NCBI RefSeq assembly: GCF_009914755.1
Contig: NC_060935.1
From: the human T2T-CHM13v2.0 reference genome, Homo sapiens
Direction: 5' to 3' (one strand)
DNA length: 64,000 nt
Of the stretch, positions 34,717 through 51,039 are shown one piece after another (the first letter of the stretch is position 1; every line of letters starts with the position of its first letter). Below the pieces are notes generated by a model that saw only the letters and a program-made list of their open reading frames with translations, searched no databases and had not been told where the DNA came from. The position numbers and the translations under genes were made by a program.

Positions 34717-34878
34717 TATATATTAATATATTGAGTTAAATATTGGATCCATCTTATTCTTTATGAAGTATATTAATATATGGTTAATTATTTCAATAAA
34801 GTTATTAATTATTTATCCTCAAAAGGACTTCTTCAAGTAAAAAGCATCTGGATCTCTGTATTCCAACTACACGTTTGT

Positions 34879-35210
34879 ACAGGTTCACAATCCCACAATT
34901 CTGAAATTCAAAATGCTCTGAAAAAGAATAAGTATTTTTTGGTAAGTTTGGAGCCAAAACTCACTTGAGCCAAAATGTGATTTGAACTAATAAGAGGTTA
35001 TTTATAGTTTTTTCTTTCATATATACATATATGAATGAAAATATTCATATGTTTCACTGCAAAAATACTATGTTTGGTCACAGGTGCTTCCCCATACATT
35101 GCTCAGGGTTTTATGCAATGTATGGTATATGGGTCACTTTTCTAAAATCTGGAAAATTCTGAATTTTGACATGTATTTGGCCCAAGGCTTTTGGTAAGAG
35201 ACTGTAGACT
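34879..35210. mobile_element. MER96B-like DNA transposon MITE
   Basis: caggttcacaatccc start; ...aaaattctgaattttgac...gactgtagac end. Confidence 0.6.
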
Positions 35211-36968
35211 TTTAAGTCACATATTTCAAATATGCCACACACCTTGAAGAGGAGTGGAACAGTGCCTCTTAAGAGACATAATTTAACTTATTCTGACTAT
35301 GCTAGGATAGCAGAACCTTCACTTGGAAAGAAGTGGGAACTCATCTAGATAATTGTTGAGTGTGCCTGGCCTCTCAGGAGAGCACACTGGAGAAGAACTG
35401 GTGTGGACTGAGCCTTGGGACAATTCTGGAAAACTCTGGACACCTGGGGAAAAGGAATATACCCATTAAGGCTGGGGTGAAGAAATGATGAGAACTCTGA
35501 AAGGAGCTATTCTTTTGTCTTGGATTAAGAGTACCAAAGGCAAACCTTAGCAAAAAATATGTCCCTGAGTAATGACATGAAAGTAAAACAAAAATGGCAT
35601 AAAAACCTTGCGTCTAACACTTTTGAGAACATACCTAGAGGCATGGTTAGATGGAACAGCCTTATAAAGAGTATGCCTTTATTTTGGTAGCTCTCACAGA
35701 GATCTTGCTTTAAGAGCTATAATCACAAGCTAGATAGGGGAACTTTCAGGCTCCTATTGTCAGCACATAACTAATGCGTCTATGCAAAGATCTAGTTACT
35801 CTGGATGGTTAGACAAGGAACCAGATCAGGAGAAAGGTGACTAAACCAGTAGAGGGCCTATCACATAGATAGTGGACTTTTTACAAAAAGCCTTTTGTGA
35901 AACGCTGAAGAAATTAGGACAACCACTACGAACACTTAACTGTCAGTATTGCTAATTCTAAAACGCAACACTCATGTCTTTAGTCAAAGCCTCTCATTTT
36001 TGGATACTGTGCCAAGCATGTGTAAGAGGATGGTACCTATTTACTCAACAGGAGGACATCCCACAAATTCTATCACAGCCTTTTTCACATTTATGAGACA
36101 ACGCTATATGCAATACAAAATTTCTACAAGCAGAAAGAGCCACCCATAACAAAGAGAATTTTCAGGTACATTTCCTGCACAGTATATTAACCCCATGTAG
36201 ACTTTTATAGACAAGGGAAATTTTTGCCAAATATTTTTTTAATAGATGCATAAATCACTCCCCTTATGTAAAACTTTAATGTGTAAAAATCCTCAACTAC
36301 AGCAAGTGGACATTTTACTTACTATAATTTTTAATCTATAGAAGGCAGAATTAAATATCAGAAATAGCATCTAGAATAACAGGGAAAGATCATGCATCAG
36401 AAATTTAGTGTCAGCTTTTTGCTGTCATGATCTGTGAAGATCTTGTTATTTGCTGTTCAAAGAAGGTAAAGGGGAAAGTGTATTCTCATTCCGACTGGGA
36501 AACCTGAGGAAGTTTCCGTGTTTTTCCTGCCTGTATAGATCATACTTATCTAAGTTTTGTGGACATGCATGTTTCCCATATTATTTCCCATCCCAGCTTC
36601 GCTTTGTCCTTTTTCACAGGATGTGAGAAAATGCCCCTAATGGCACTCATCACTAGTTCTGGTAATGAAAGGATAGGTCACTGAGATGTACATAGGGCAG
36701 AGATGTTGAAAAGTACAAGTCATGTACTTAAAATTATTCCAAACAGATTGCCTTTCAGATGTACAAACTGCCAAGAAGGCCGTTGATGAGATCCTCTTTG
36801 TGGAATAAGTAGAACAAAAGTCCCAAGGGACTTTTAGTGATCAATCCAATAAGGGAGTTGAGAGCTAGGGATCATGACTGCAAAAGTATTGCAAGTATTT
36901 CAAGATTTGTAATGTCTTCTATATTTGATATTTGGTATTTCCTGTAGCAATTAGGGGGAAAATACTAA

Positions 36969-37333
<365 letters not shown>

Positions 37334-37440
37334 GTCCTGTGGAAAGATTTTAAGAAGTCAGTTAACATCTATTCTGACTCAATGTGCCAGGCATTGAGTT
37401 AAATGCTTAGTATCCTATTTAATTTTCAAACAAATAAGGT

Positions 37441-37800
37441 ATAGTTGTCCTTCCATATCTGTGGGTTCTGTATCTGTGGATTCAACCAACCGTGGATCAA
37501 AAATATTTTTTAAAAAGAGTAAAAAAAAAAAAAAAAAAGGATAGTTGTGTCTGTACTGAACATGTACAGACTTTTTTTCTTTGTCTTATTTCCTAAACAA
37601 TGTAATAGGACCATTATTAGCATAGCATTTACATTGTATTAGGGATTATAATCTAGTGATGATTTACAATATATGAAGGATGTGCACAGGTTATATGCAA
37701 ATATTACATCATTTTATATAGGGGACTTGAACATCTGTGAATTTTGGTACACAAAGAGGTTCCTAGAATCAATCCCCCATGGAAACCAAGGGACAACTGT
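37441..37800. mobile_element. MER2 (Tigger-derived) MITE
   Basis: Inverted termini agttgtcc...ggacaact; internal MER2 consensus. Confidence 0.8.
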
Positions 37801-38928
37801 TGTCATTTTACACATGAGGAAGCTGAATCACAAAAGTTAAATATATGTAAATAAACTGCTAGTTTAGACACCCAAACCCATGTTTTCTCCATTGTACACC
37901 ACCTGTATGAATCACTAACCCCAGTGTGATCCATGTGTCAGCTGAATGACTCTAACATTGAGATCCTAATAAATGTGTTTGTCAGTTCTCTCTCACAGAA
38001 TATTCTTATTATAGACAGGAAGATTTAAAGGCACATTCCATATCCTCCTCAGAAAAATTCTGCATTAAAAAGTCATTTCAGCAAAAAAGATGTATTTTAC
38101 TTTTTCTAGAAAGAGCTCTGGCTTTCTGGTATCATCTGAGAAATGATAATTGAAGATATAAAGAAAGAACACTTTAGAAATCAGTAACTCTCTTATGGAA
38201 ATATAGATAAGAAAATCCTTCAGTATTAACCATGAGACAGCTATTAAGTTACTACATAAGAACAAAGCTTGCCACTGGTCACTGTCACTTGTAGTCATCT
38301 TTTGGTTAATATTAAAATTCTACCCAAAAAAGCCCTAATTAAATTACTATAATAATACTGTGACTATACATATTCAATTGGGTGTCTTGGACTTTTGTAG
38401 GGAAAACAGTGTAGTTTGAAATGGGTTATATTAAAAAGTTAAAAAAATTTTAAGACAGTTTATGAAAATCATCAGAAGAGTTACATTTTATCACAGTGGT
38501 AACTTTAAAAGTCCTATAACTTTCCTAACTATATCTTACGTAAATTTAGATAAAATATTTGCTGAATTCTCTTGCCTGTAAGGCAAGGGCATATGCAAAG
38601 TATATGTAAGTGTCTGCTTAGTAAATGAAAAATAAATTTGTTAAACCCATAAGCAGTTCAAAATTCCTAATTCAAACTATAAAATTCAAAATAAAAGAAC
38701 AATACTGTCCTGCCCCTGCAATGGATCTCATCCTATTACTATCTTACCTGAGTATATAGTTCTCCATTTACCATCATATATAAAACTCAAAAATAACACC
38801 TGGTTGCATCCCACTTTCATCATCAAGTCTACTTGCTATTTCAGGTATAGTCATGTACTTTCAAACTTTTCTGGCTCTAATGCTTATTAGCTGAGTGACC
38901 TTGAGCAAAGCAAATTGCTTTTCTTTCT

Positions 38929-39245
<317 letters not shown>

Positions 39246-39694
39246 GATTTCTTAACTTTAGTTTCCTCAACTGTAAAAGAAGGATTAAAAATAGCACCTA
39301 CAATATAGGGTTGTTGTGAAGATAAAATAAATTAATATAGGTAATGCCATTAGAAAAATGTCTAGCACGAAATAAATGTTCAATGAATGTCACCTATTAT
39401 TTTTATTCTTTTCAATTTTTGTTTTTGCTTCCTGGCATGTTGCTTCTCCCTCTTTGCAGAGTAAACTGCAACTCATCTTCAAGATCTAATTCATAACAAG
39501 TAGACACAATCCAATAAAAAAATAGAAACAAGGTTTGAATAGACATTTTACCAAAGAAGATATATGAGTGGCTAATACACTCATGAAGATACTCAACATC
39601 ATTAGTCATTAGGGAAATGCAAACCAGAACCACGAGATACTATTTCATATCCACTAGGATGATTATAATCAGAGCCAGACAATAATACATGTCT

Positions 39695-39930
39695 GGCTGA
39701 GGCAGGAGGATCTTTTGAGCCCAGGAGTTCAAGGCCAGCCTAAGCAACATGGTGACATCCCCTCTCTACCAAAAATAAAAATAAAATAAAACAAAATAAA
39801 ATAAAAATCAGCTGTAGTCCCAGTTACTCGGGAAGCTGAGGTGGAAGGACTGCTCGAGCCCAGGAGGTTGAGGCGCAGTGAGCCGTGATTATGCCATTGC
39901 ACTTCAGTCTGGGTGACAGAGTAAGACCCT

Positions 39931-39961
<31 letters not shown>
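39695..39961 (+). mobile_element. Alu (AluJ-type), truncated
   Basis: Alu consensus with long A-tail. Confidence 0.87.
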
Positions 39962-40392
39962 GACTTTTTAAATGATTGAAGGTCTGGAATGATTTTTTAA
40001 AATCATAGGCATTTATCTTTTTCCATTATGAAAAAACTAATTGCTTCCCAAGTCCTGAACATTTCTTCTTAGAAGACAGAATAGCACAGCAGACATAACA
40101 TTACTATTGCAATCACAACAGTAACATGTCATTAATTTACCGTATGACTCTGGACAAGTCTCCCTTACTAGGCTACAGTTTCCCCTTTAATAAAGACAAG
40201 ATTAGCTCTAAGGTTCTCTCCAGCACACCTGTTGAAGAAGATTAAGGTGCTTCACACAAGATGAAAAATGAGTAGCTCAATTTCTTCACTATAAACAGGG
40301 AAGGAAATTCTTAATTTATAAGAGAAAACACAGCTGGTGCATCAGGGCCTCTTATACATGTATATACATAACTTTCATCCCAACACCAGGTC

Positions 40393-40459
40393 CCACCCTT
40401 CATTAACATGCAAACCCACACTTCCCATCCCTCCCGCCCTTGACCCACACCCCATATAC
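40393..40459 (-). promoter_or_regulatory. Putative intronic splicing enhancer (G-triplet cluster plus RBFOX TGCATG) downstream of the cassette exon
   Basis: Minus strand reads gtatatGGGGtgtGGGtcaaGGGcGGGaGGGatGGGaagtgtGGGttTGCATGttaatgaaGGGtGGG. Confidence 0.6.
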
Positions 40460-40531
40460 CTCAGCTATGGTCATTCTCAGAGCACTGACAGGGGAGAGCT
40501 CAATATCCACCAGTTGGGCGGCTTTTAAACT
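40460..40531 (-). CDS. FCHSD2: Probable alternative cassette exon of FCHSD2, 72 nt, SLKAAQLVDIELSPVSALRMTIAE
   Basis: Branch-like ttctaac and pyrimidine tract, then ...ctgggcag|AGT; donor GAG|gtatat; open in phase 0; downstream G-runs and TGCATG; absent from the canonical protein as I recall it. Confidence 0.75.
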
Positions 40532-41314
40532 CTGCCCAGTAAAGATTGCACAAGGACAAAAAACATAGCATAGAGTTAGAAATTTAAGGCAAACAAGGAC
40601 ACAACACCTAAGAACATTTAGCACAGTGTTTAGAAACAAAAGATTTAGGGCTGCAGTTGGGCTGGGAAAAAGTGAGATGAGAGTCACTGTTATTCTGATT
40701 TTTTCTGTGGAAAATAGCAATGATAAAATAACATCAAATTAGTCATAATTTTAAGACAAGCTTGACACACTTGTCTATACCCTGTATCTTCTAATGCTCT
40801 GCTTCATCCCTCCCAGGCTTCAAAGAAGTCAAATCACAGGAGAATGTGAATAAGTCATTGGCAAAAGCTGATTTGATTAAAAAAAAAAAAAGCACTACTA
40901 TAAAGGGCAAAGGTTGTAATATAGAGGGAAATGCTGATTTCCTACATTTCTTTATATAGCTGCTAACAGAGCTACTTAAAGTATAAGAAAAGTAATGAAG
41001 ATATCGCTGGCAAATGTGTTTCTATTAAACTGATACCATTAAACTCTGGAACTATATCATAAACTCCCTTGGTTCTGGTTCTAAATTTATCAAAATACTT
41101 TATGAATATAATTTGATTTTCCTTTTGGCTTGCCTACATTGACAGAATGTACTAATAATGCCAATGCATGCCTTCTCATTTTGCAGAAGTTAAATTTCAA
41201 TTTTTATGTTACCAAATTAGCATTTTTGTTCTTTTTTAAAAATTTAAATAATGGCAAACATTTCCCATAAACTCAAGGACGATTACTGTATGCTTTTAAA
41301 CAATTGCCAATTGG

Positions 41315-41646
41315 GGCCGGACATCGTGGCTCACGTCCGTAATGCCAGCACTTTGGGAGACTAAAGTGGGTAGGTGGCTTGAACTCAGGAGTTCGAGACC
41401 AGCCTGGGCAACATGGTGAGACCCCCCCATCTCTATTGAAAATACAAAGAAAATAGCCAGGCACAGTGGTGCGTGCCTGTGGCCCCAGCTAATCGGGAGG
41501 CTGATGTGGGAGGATCACTTGAGAGGAGAGGGGGGCTGTAGTGAGCTGAGATCACGCTACTGCCCTCCAGCCCCAGTGACAGAGTGAGACCCTGTCTCAA
41601 AAATAAAATAATAATAATAATAATAAATAAGTAAAAATAAAAACAA
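41315..41646 (+). mobile_element. Alu with (AAT)n tail
   Basis: Dimer; TSD aattgcca(a/g)ttgg. Confidence 0.9.
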
Positions 41647-42056
41647 AAATTGCCAGTTGGAATCTACAGACAGAAAGTAGATTAATGATGTCAGGGGCTG
41701 AGGTGAGGAGTATAGGGAGAGTGACTGCTTAATGGGGTCAGGATTTCTTTTTAAAGTGATGAAATGTTGTGGAACTACCAAGTTATGACAGTGCACAGCA
41801 CTGGAAATGTAGTAAGTGACAGTGAATCAATCTCACACTTTAACTATGGTTAAAAATGGTACTTTTTGTGTTATGTGTATTCTGCTACCATAAAAAAAAT
41901 GGCAGAGGGGTAGAGGCATTAAAAAAATTGCTAATTTGAGGTTTATGTAAGTGCTTTAATATTCTAAGAAATCTGAAAGGAATTATAAAAGGCCTATAAT
42001 CTTTTATAAGACCAACCAAAATATTTCATACACATGTTCATTATTCCATTTATTAA

Positions 42057-42376
<320 letters not shown>

Positions 42377-42744
42377 TACTCTGGTTAAAATTTAACCACT
42401 GATTTCTGTGGAGGGGTACAACATAAAAAGTTTCAGGGAAAATATAATTTACATTTGAGTAAATGTATTGAATATTTTTCTTCTTCCCTCAGTTGTTTTC
42501 AGGTTTCAGTAACTTGTCTTATAACTTAACCTCATTTGGTAGAAGGTTGCTAGCATAAAGACACTGAGTTTCTTGGCCACAATTCAGAAAAAAAAAGTCA
42601 TAATTATTCTGTGTCCTCACAGTTTTGTTATAAAATTGATGAGATATACTCAGCTTTTTCTGTCTGTCTATGCCAAGGGTAACTGTTACTTAAGCACAAA
42701 CACAACTGAACAACACATGAAATGAAAATCTATAATTCCCTTAC

Positions 42745-42840
42745 AGTATCACTGTCACAAGGCTGGAACTGGAAGGGCTGGGGTTTGTGAAATACAGCGT
42801 TTTCTTGCAAAAACAGCTGAAGATTGTAGTCCCGGACCAC
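42745..42840 (-). CDS. FCHSD2: FCHSD2 coding exon, 96 nt, VVRDYNLQLFLQENAVFHKPQPFQFQPCDSDT
   Basis: Acceptor ttctctttag|GTG, donor ACT|gtaagg; continues the previous exon in frame. Confidence 0.96.
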
Positions 42841-43380
42841 CTAAAGAGAAAATAAAATATCTTTAGGTCTTTAATGAGGTTAAAATGTCCAATTACATTA
42901 TAAAGTTTAAGATTTATTCTGCTATTTTCTATACAAATGAGAAATCATCCAACACTGTGGTAAAAAAGAAATGGTGTTACGCATTTTATTTTTCATTTTA
43001 GACAATGGTTATTATTTATCTGTCCTATTTTCTCAAAAATAAATTTGGAAAGTGATAGTTTAGAAACTAGATCAGATTTGGGGACTGGACAATATATAAT
43101 ACCTTAAGAAAGCAAGAAGATAGTTTTTACACAAAAAGCTATTCTGTGTAACACAGAATAGTGTGCAGATAAGGAAACACATTGGTCTTTGCCATCTCTC
43201 CCAGCTCTAAAATTGTATGGGCCTCTTAAAGTCTGTTTCATGGCCATTGCCATCCACTAGGAAACTGCCAGATAATCCCATCCACAGCACCAAATAGTGT
43301 TTGTAGAGTATTTCTCAGCACCTTCTTGAGGAGGTTACACTCTAACTACCATCTTACAGCATACCAAGAAGACAGGCTAG

Positions 43381-43708
<328 letters not shown>

Positions 43709-45629
43709 TGGAATTTCTATAAAAGGAGAATTCTGATAAGGCAGCATAACAAATAGCACAGAAAGGCAGCCATCTGAAAAGAATTCATTGCATTTACATA
43801 CCTTGGGAAAGAGTGGAAATCGGCATCTGATGGGGCAAAAAACCCCACTTTCTATTTTGCTACCATATCGCTTACCCCTTACTTGTCTTTCATTTGCAGT
43901 ATATTATAGCCCATTAGCACCTCTGCTAGAAGATGGGCAGAAGAAAAAAAAAGTTCAAAGTAACTCTGTACCTCTACTTTAGTAGTCCTGGGAAAAGGGA
44001 TAATTGAGGAGACGCAAAAAGTAGTAGGTGTATATTGCATTTTGTTTACCAGTGCAATCCCATTTCTCTACTGCTTCCCTCCCCCTCACTCCACCAACCA
44101 TTTATTGAGAGAGTTTACCAGGTCCAACATGAAACACAGGGATAAGGGGGATATATAGATGAATAAGACAAACAAACAAGGTTAGTATCTGCAAAGAATT
44201 TATAATCTGGGAACTGGGCGAACCAAACAGACTACATAATTAAAATACACCACGGAGTGTGTAAAGGGTACGAGAAGAGAACAAGGTGATATTTAATCCA
44301 GGCCGATGATGGGGTGAGATGAGGTGAGGAGTTGTCAGAATATGGTCTGGGAAGGCTGGCTGAATAAACATATTCTCAAAGAGAAATGTACTTTGTTCTC
44401 TTCTTGGATTCCAGTTTTAAGCTAGAATAGCTGTGAAAGCTCATTACACAGCCCTCAGAGCCTCTCTAATCACCATGCAGAAAAGCTAAGAGGATCACCT
44501 CTCTAGTTGCCAAACTTGTCCTCAAAACTATTAACCTTTTTGTTTTGTTCCTCTTGAGGAGGAGATTTCAACCTTTTAAAATTTTAAACTCTTTGTTATG
44601 GAAAATTTCAAATACATATGTAAAGACAACAATAGAATGTATCCTCATGTCTTCATCACCCAGTTTCCAAAACATCCCCTTATGACCAATATTCTTTCAT
44701 CTTTAAGCCCACCTACCTCTTCCACCCCTAATTATATTGAAACAAGTTCCAGACCTATCATTTAGTTTATAAATATTTCAGTATGACATCTAAAAGGACT
44801 CTTTTAAGAAAATATATCCATATTACAATTTACAGTAAGTACTTACAAAGCAACAAGTTCTCAAATTTCCCTGATTGTTTCTTTTTTTTACAAAAAAGTT
44901 TTTCAAATCAGGATACAAATACAGCCCCCACAGTGCAATTGCACGATGCTGTTTAGCTTTCTTTTCATATACTAGTTTCTTCATCTATCTCTCCTTTCCT
45001 CCCTCTTGCAATTTAATTGTTGAAGAAACTGGGTTTTTGTTCTGTAGAGTTTCCTGTAGTCTGGGAAGAAATGACAAACATGTAATTTTTATTACATCCT
45101 TGTAGTATTCTGTTTCCAGTATTTCCTATACATTGGAATGGGTGTTTTTTGTCTTGTTTATTTATTTATTTTCTTGGGAAGGTAACGTTTACTTCCATCA
45201 GGAAGCTTGCTTCTTTTTACAAACAGCTGTAGTGGGCTGAATGGTAGCCTCTCAAAAGATATGTTCATGTCCTAATTCCCAAAACCTGTGAATGTTACTT
45301 CATTTGGCAAAAGTGACTTTGTAGAAGTCCAAGATCGAGTGTTGACAGGTTTAATTTCTTCTGACGGTAATTATTGTCGGCTTGTAGTTGGCCATCTTCT
45401 TCTGGTATCTTCACGTGATCTTCTCCCTGTGCCTGTGTCCCGCTCTCCTTTTTTTCAAAAAGTTTTAACTTTTAATCTCTGTGGGTATATAGTAGGTATT
45501 TATATTTATGGGGTACATAAGATATTTTGATACAGGACTACAATGTGTAATAATCATATCAAGGTAAATGGGGTATCCACCACCTCAAGCATTTATCCTT
45601 ACTTTGTATTACAAAAAATCCAATTATAC

Positions 45630-47789
<2,160 letters not shown>

Positions 47790-47816
47790 TTTTTTTTTTT
47801 TTTTTTTTTTTCTTGA

Positions 47817-47990
<174 letters not shown>

Positions 47991-48862
47991 TAGCCAGGAT
48001 GGTCTCGATCTCCTGACCTCGTCATCTGCCCACCTTGGCCTCCCAAAGTGCTGGGATTACAGGCGTGAGCCACCATGCCTGGCTGGTTTTGTTATTTTTA
48101 AATGTATAATAAACTATTGCTGACGTGGTCACCTTATTGTGTCATCGAATATAGATCTTATTCATTCTATCTAACTATATTTTTTATACCCATTAGCCAT
48201 CCTGGCTCCCCCCACATCTGACTACCCTTCCCAGACTCTGGTAAACAACCTTCTACATTTTATCTCCATGAGTTCAATTTGTTTTAATTTTTTAACTCTC
48301 ACAAATAAGTGAGAACATGTGAAATTTGTCTTTCTGTGCCTAGTTTATTTCACTTAACATAATGACCTCCAGTTTTATCTATGTTGTTGTAAATGACAGG
48401 ATCTCATTCTTTTTCATGGCTGAATAATACTCCATTGTGTATATATACCACATTTTCTCTATCCGTTCATCTGTTGATGGACACTTAGGTTGCTTCTAAA
48501 TCTTGGCTATTGTGAATAGTGCTGCAATCAACATGAGTGCAGATATCTCTTTGATATATTGATTTCCTTTCTTTTGGGTGTATACCTAGCAGTGAGATTG
48601 CTGAATCATAAGGCAGTTCTATTTTTAGTTTGTTGAGGAACTGCCAAACTGTTTTCCATAGCGGTTGTACTAATTTACATTCCCAGCAACAGTATACAAG
48701 GGCTCCCTTTTCTCCACATCCTCACCAGCATCTGTGTTACTGCCTATCTTTTGGATAAAAGCCACCTGAACTAGGATGATATAATATCTTACTGTAGTTT
48801 TGATTTGCATTTCTCTGATGATTAATGATGTTGAGTACCTTTCCATATGCCTGTCTGCCACT

Positions 48863-49143
<281 letters not shown>

Positions 49144-49228
49144 CTGTCTGCTATTTATATGTCCTTTTTTGAGAAATGTCTATTCAGATCTTTTCCCCAT
49201 TTTTAAATCGAATTATTAAATTTTTTCC

Positions 49229-51039
49229 ACCTCTCCCTTCCCCTCCCCCCTCCATCTCTCCGGTCTCCCTCTGTTGCCGATACTGCCGTGATCTCAGCTC
49301 GCTGCAACCTCCCTGCCTTGGGCTCCCGTGATTCTCCTGCCTTGGCCTGCTGAGTGTCTGGGATTGCAGGCACACGCCGCCACGCCTGACTGGTTTTTGT
49401 ATTTTTGGTGGAGACGGGGTTTCGCCCTGTTGACCGGGCTGGTCTCCAGCTCTTGACCTCGAGTGATCTGCCCGCCTCGGCCTCCTGAGGTGCTGGGATT
49501 GCAGATGGAGTCTCGCTCACTCAATGCTCAATGTTGCCCAGGCTGGAGTGCAGTGGCGTGATCTCGGCTTGCTACAACCTCCACCTCCCAGCTGCCTGCC
49601 TTGGCCTCCAAAAGTGCTAAGATTACAGCCTCTGCCCAGCCGCCACCCCATCTAGGAAGTGAGGAGCGTCTCTGCCTGGCCGCCCATCATCTGGGATGTG
49701 AGGAGCCCCTCTGCCCGGCCGCCCTGTCTGGGAAGTGAGGAGCGCCTCTGCCCAGCTGCCACCCCGTCTAGGAAGTGAGGAGCGTCTCTGCCTGGCTGTC
49801 CATCATCTGGGATGTGAGGAGTGCCTCTGGCCGGCCGCCACCCTGTCTGGGAAGTGGGGAGCGCCTCTGCCTGGCCGCCCCGTCTGGGATGTGAGGAGCG
49901 CCTCTGCCTGGCCGCCACCCCGTCTGGTAGGTGAGGAGTGCCTCTGCCTGGCCGCCCCATCTGGGAACTGAGGAGCACCTCTGCCCGGCCGCCCCGTCTG
50001 AGAAGTGAGGAGCACCTCTGCCCGGCAGCCGCCCCATCTGGGAAGTGAGGAGTGCCTCTGCCCGGCAGCCGCCCCATCTGGGAAGTGAGGAGCACCTCTG
50101 CCCGGCTGCCCATCATCTGAGATGTGAGGAGTACCTCTGCCCAGCTGCCCATTGTCTGGGAGGTGAGGAGCACCTCTGCCCGGCCGCCCCATCTAGGAAG
50201 TGAGGAGCGCCTCTGCCCGGCCACCCCGTCTGGGAAGTGAGGAGCACCTCTGCCCGGCCGCCCCATCTGGGAGGTGAGGAGCCCCTCTGCCCGGCCACCC
50301 ATCGTCTGGGAAGTGAGGAGCACCTCTGCCCGGCTGCCCCATCTGGGAAGTGAGGAGCACCTCTGCCTGGCCGCCCAGTCTGGGAGGTGAGGAGCGCCTC
50401 TGCCTGGCTGCCCATCATCTGGGATGTGAGGAGAGCCTCTGCCCGGCCACCCCATCTGGGAAGTGAGGAGCGCCTTTGTCCGGCCGCCCCGTCTGGGAGG
50501 TGTACCCAACAGCTCCGAAGAGACAGCAACCATCGAGAACGGGCCATGATGACGATGGCGGTTTTGTCGAAAAGAAAAGGGGGAAATGTGGGGAAAAGAG
50601 AGATCAGATTGTTACTGTGTCTGTGTAGAAAGAAGTAGACATAGGAGACTCCATTTTGTTCTGTAATAAGAAAAATTCTTCTGCCTTGGGATGCTGTTAA
50701 TCTATAACCTTACCCCCAACCCCATGCTCTTTGAAACATGTGCTCTGTCAACTCAGGGTTAAATGGATTAAGGGTGGTGCAAGATGTGCTTTGTTAAACA
50801 GATGCCTGAAGGCAGCATGCTCGTTAAGAGTCATCACCACTCCCTAATCTCAAGTACCCAGGGATACAAACACTGCGGAAGGCTGCAGGGACCACTGCCT
50901 AGGAAAACCAGAGACCTTTGTTCACGTGTTTATCTGCTGACCTTCTCTCCACTATTATCCTATGACCCTGCCACATCCCCCTCTCCGAGAAACACCCAAG
51001 AATGATCAATAAATACTAAAAAAAAAAAAAAAAAAAAAA
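49229..51039 (+). mobile_element. SVA retrotransposon (old, SVA_A-like), antisense to FCHSD2
   Basis: Short CT-rich head, Alu-like domain, GC-rich VNTR (~49630-50500), SINE-R, AATAAA and A-tail; splits an older L1. Confidence 0.95.

Noticed and set aside
49630-50500. Regularly spaced ~40-bp repeats resembling a CRISPR array
   Set aside because: Tandem VNTR units without unique spacers, in a eukaryotic SVA context.
49652-50533. 293-aa ORF (longest in the track) and overlapping ORFs
   Set aside because: Antisense reading of the GC-rich SVA VNTR; the repetitive peptide is a by-product of stop-poor repeats.
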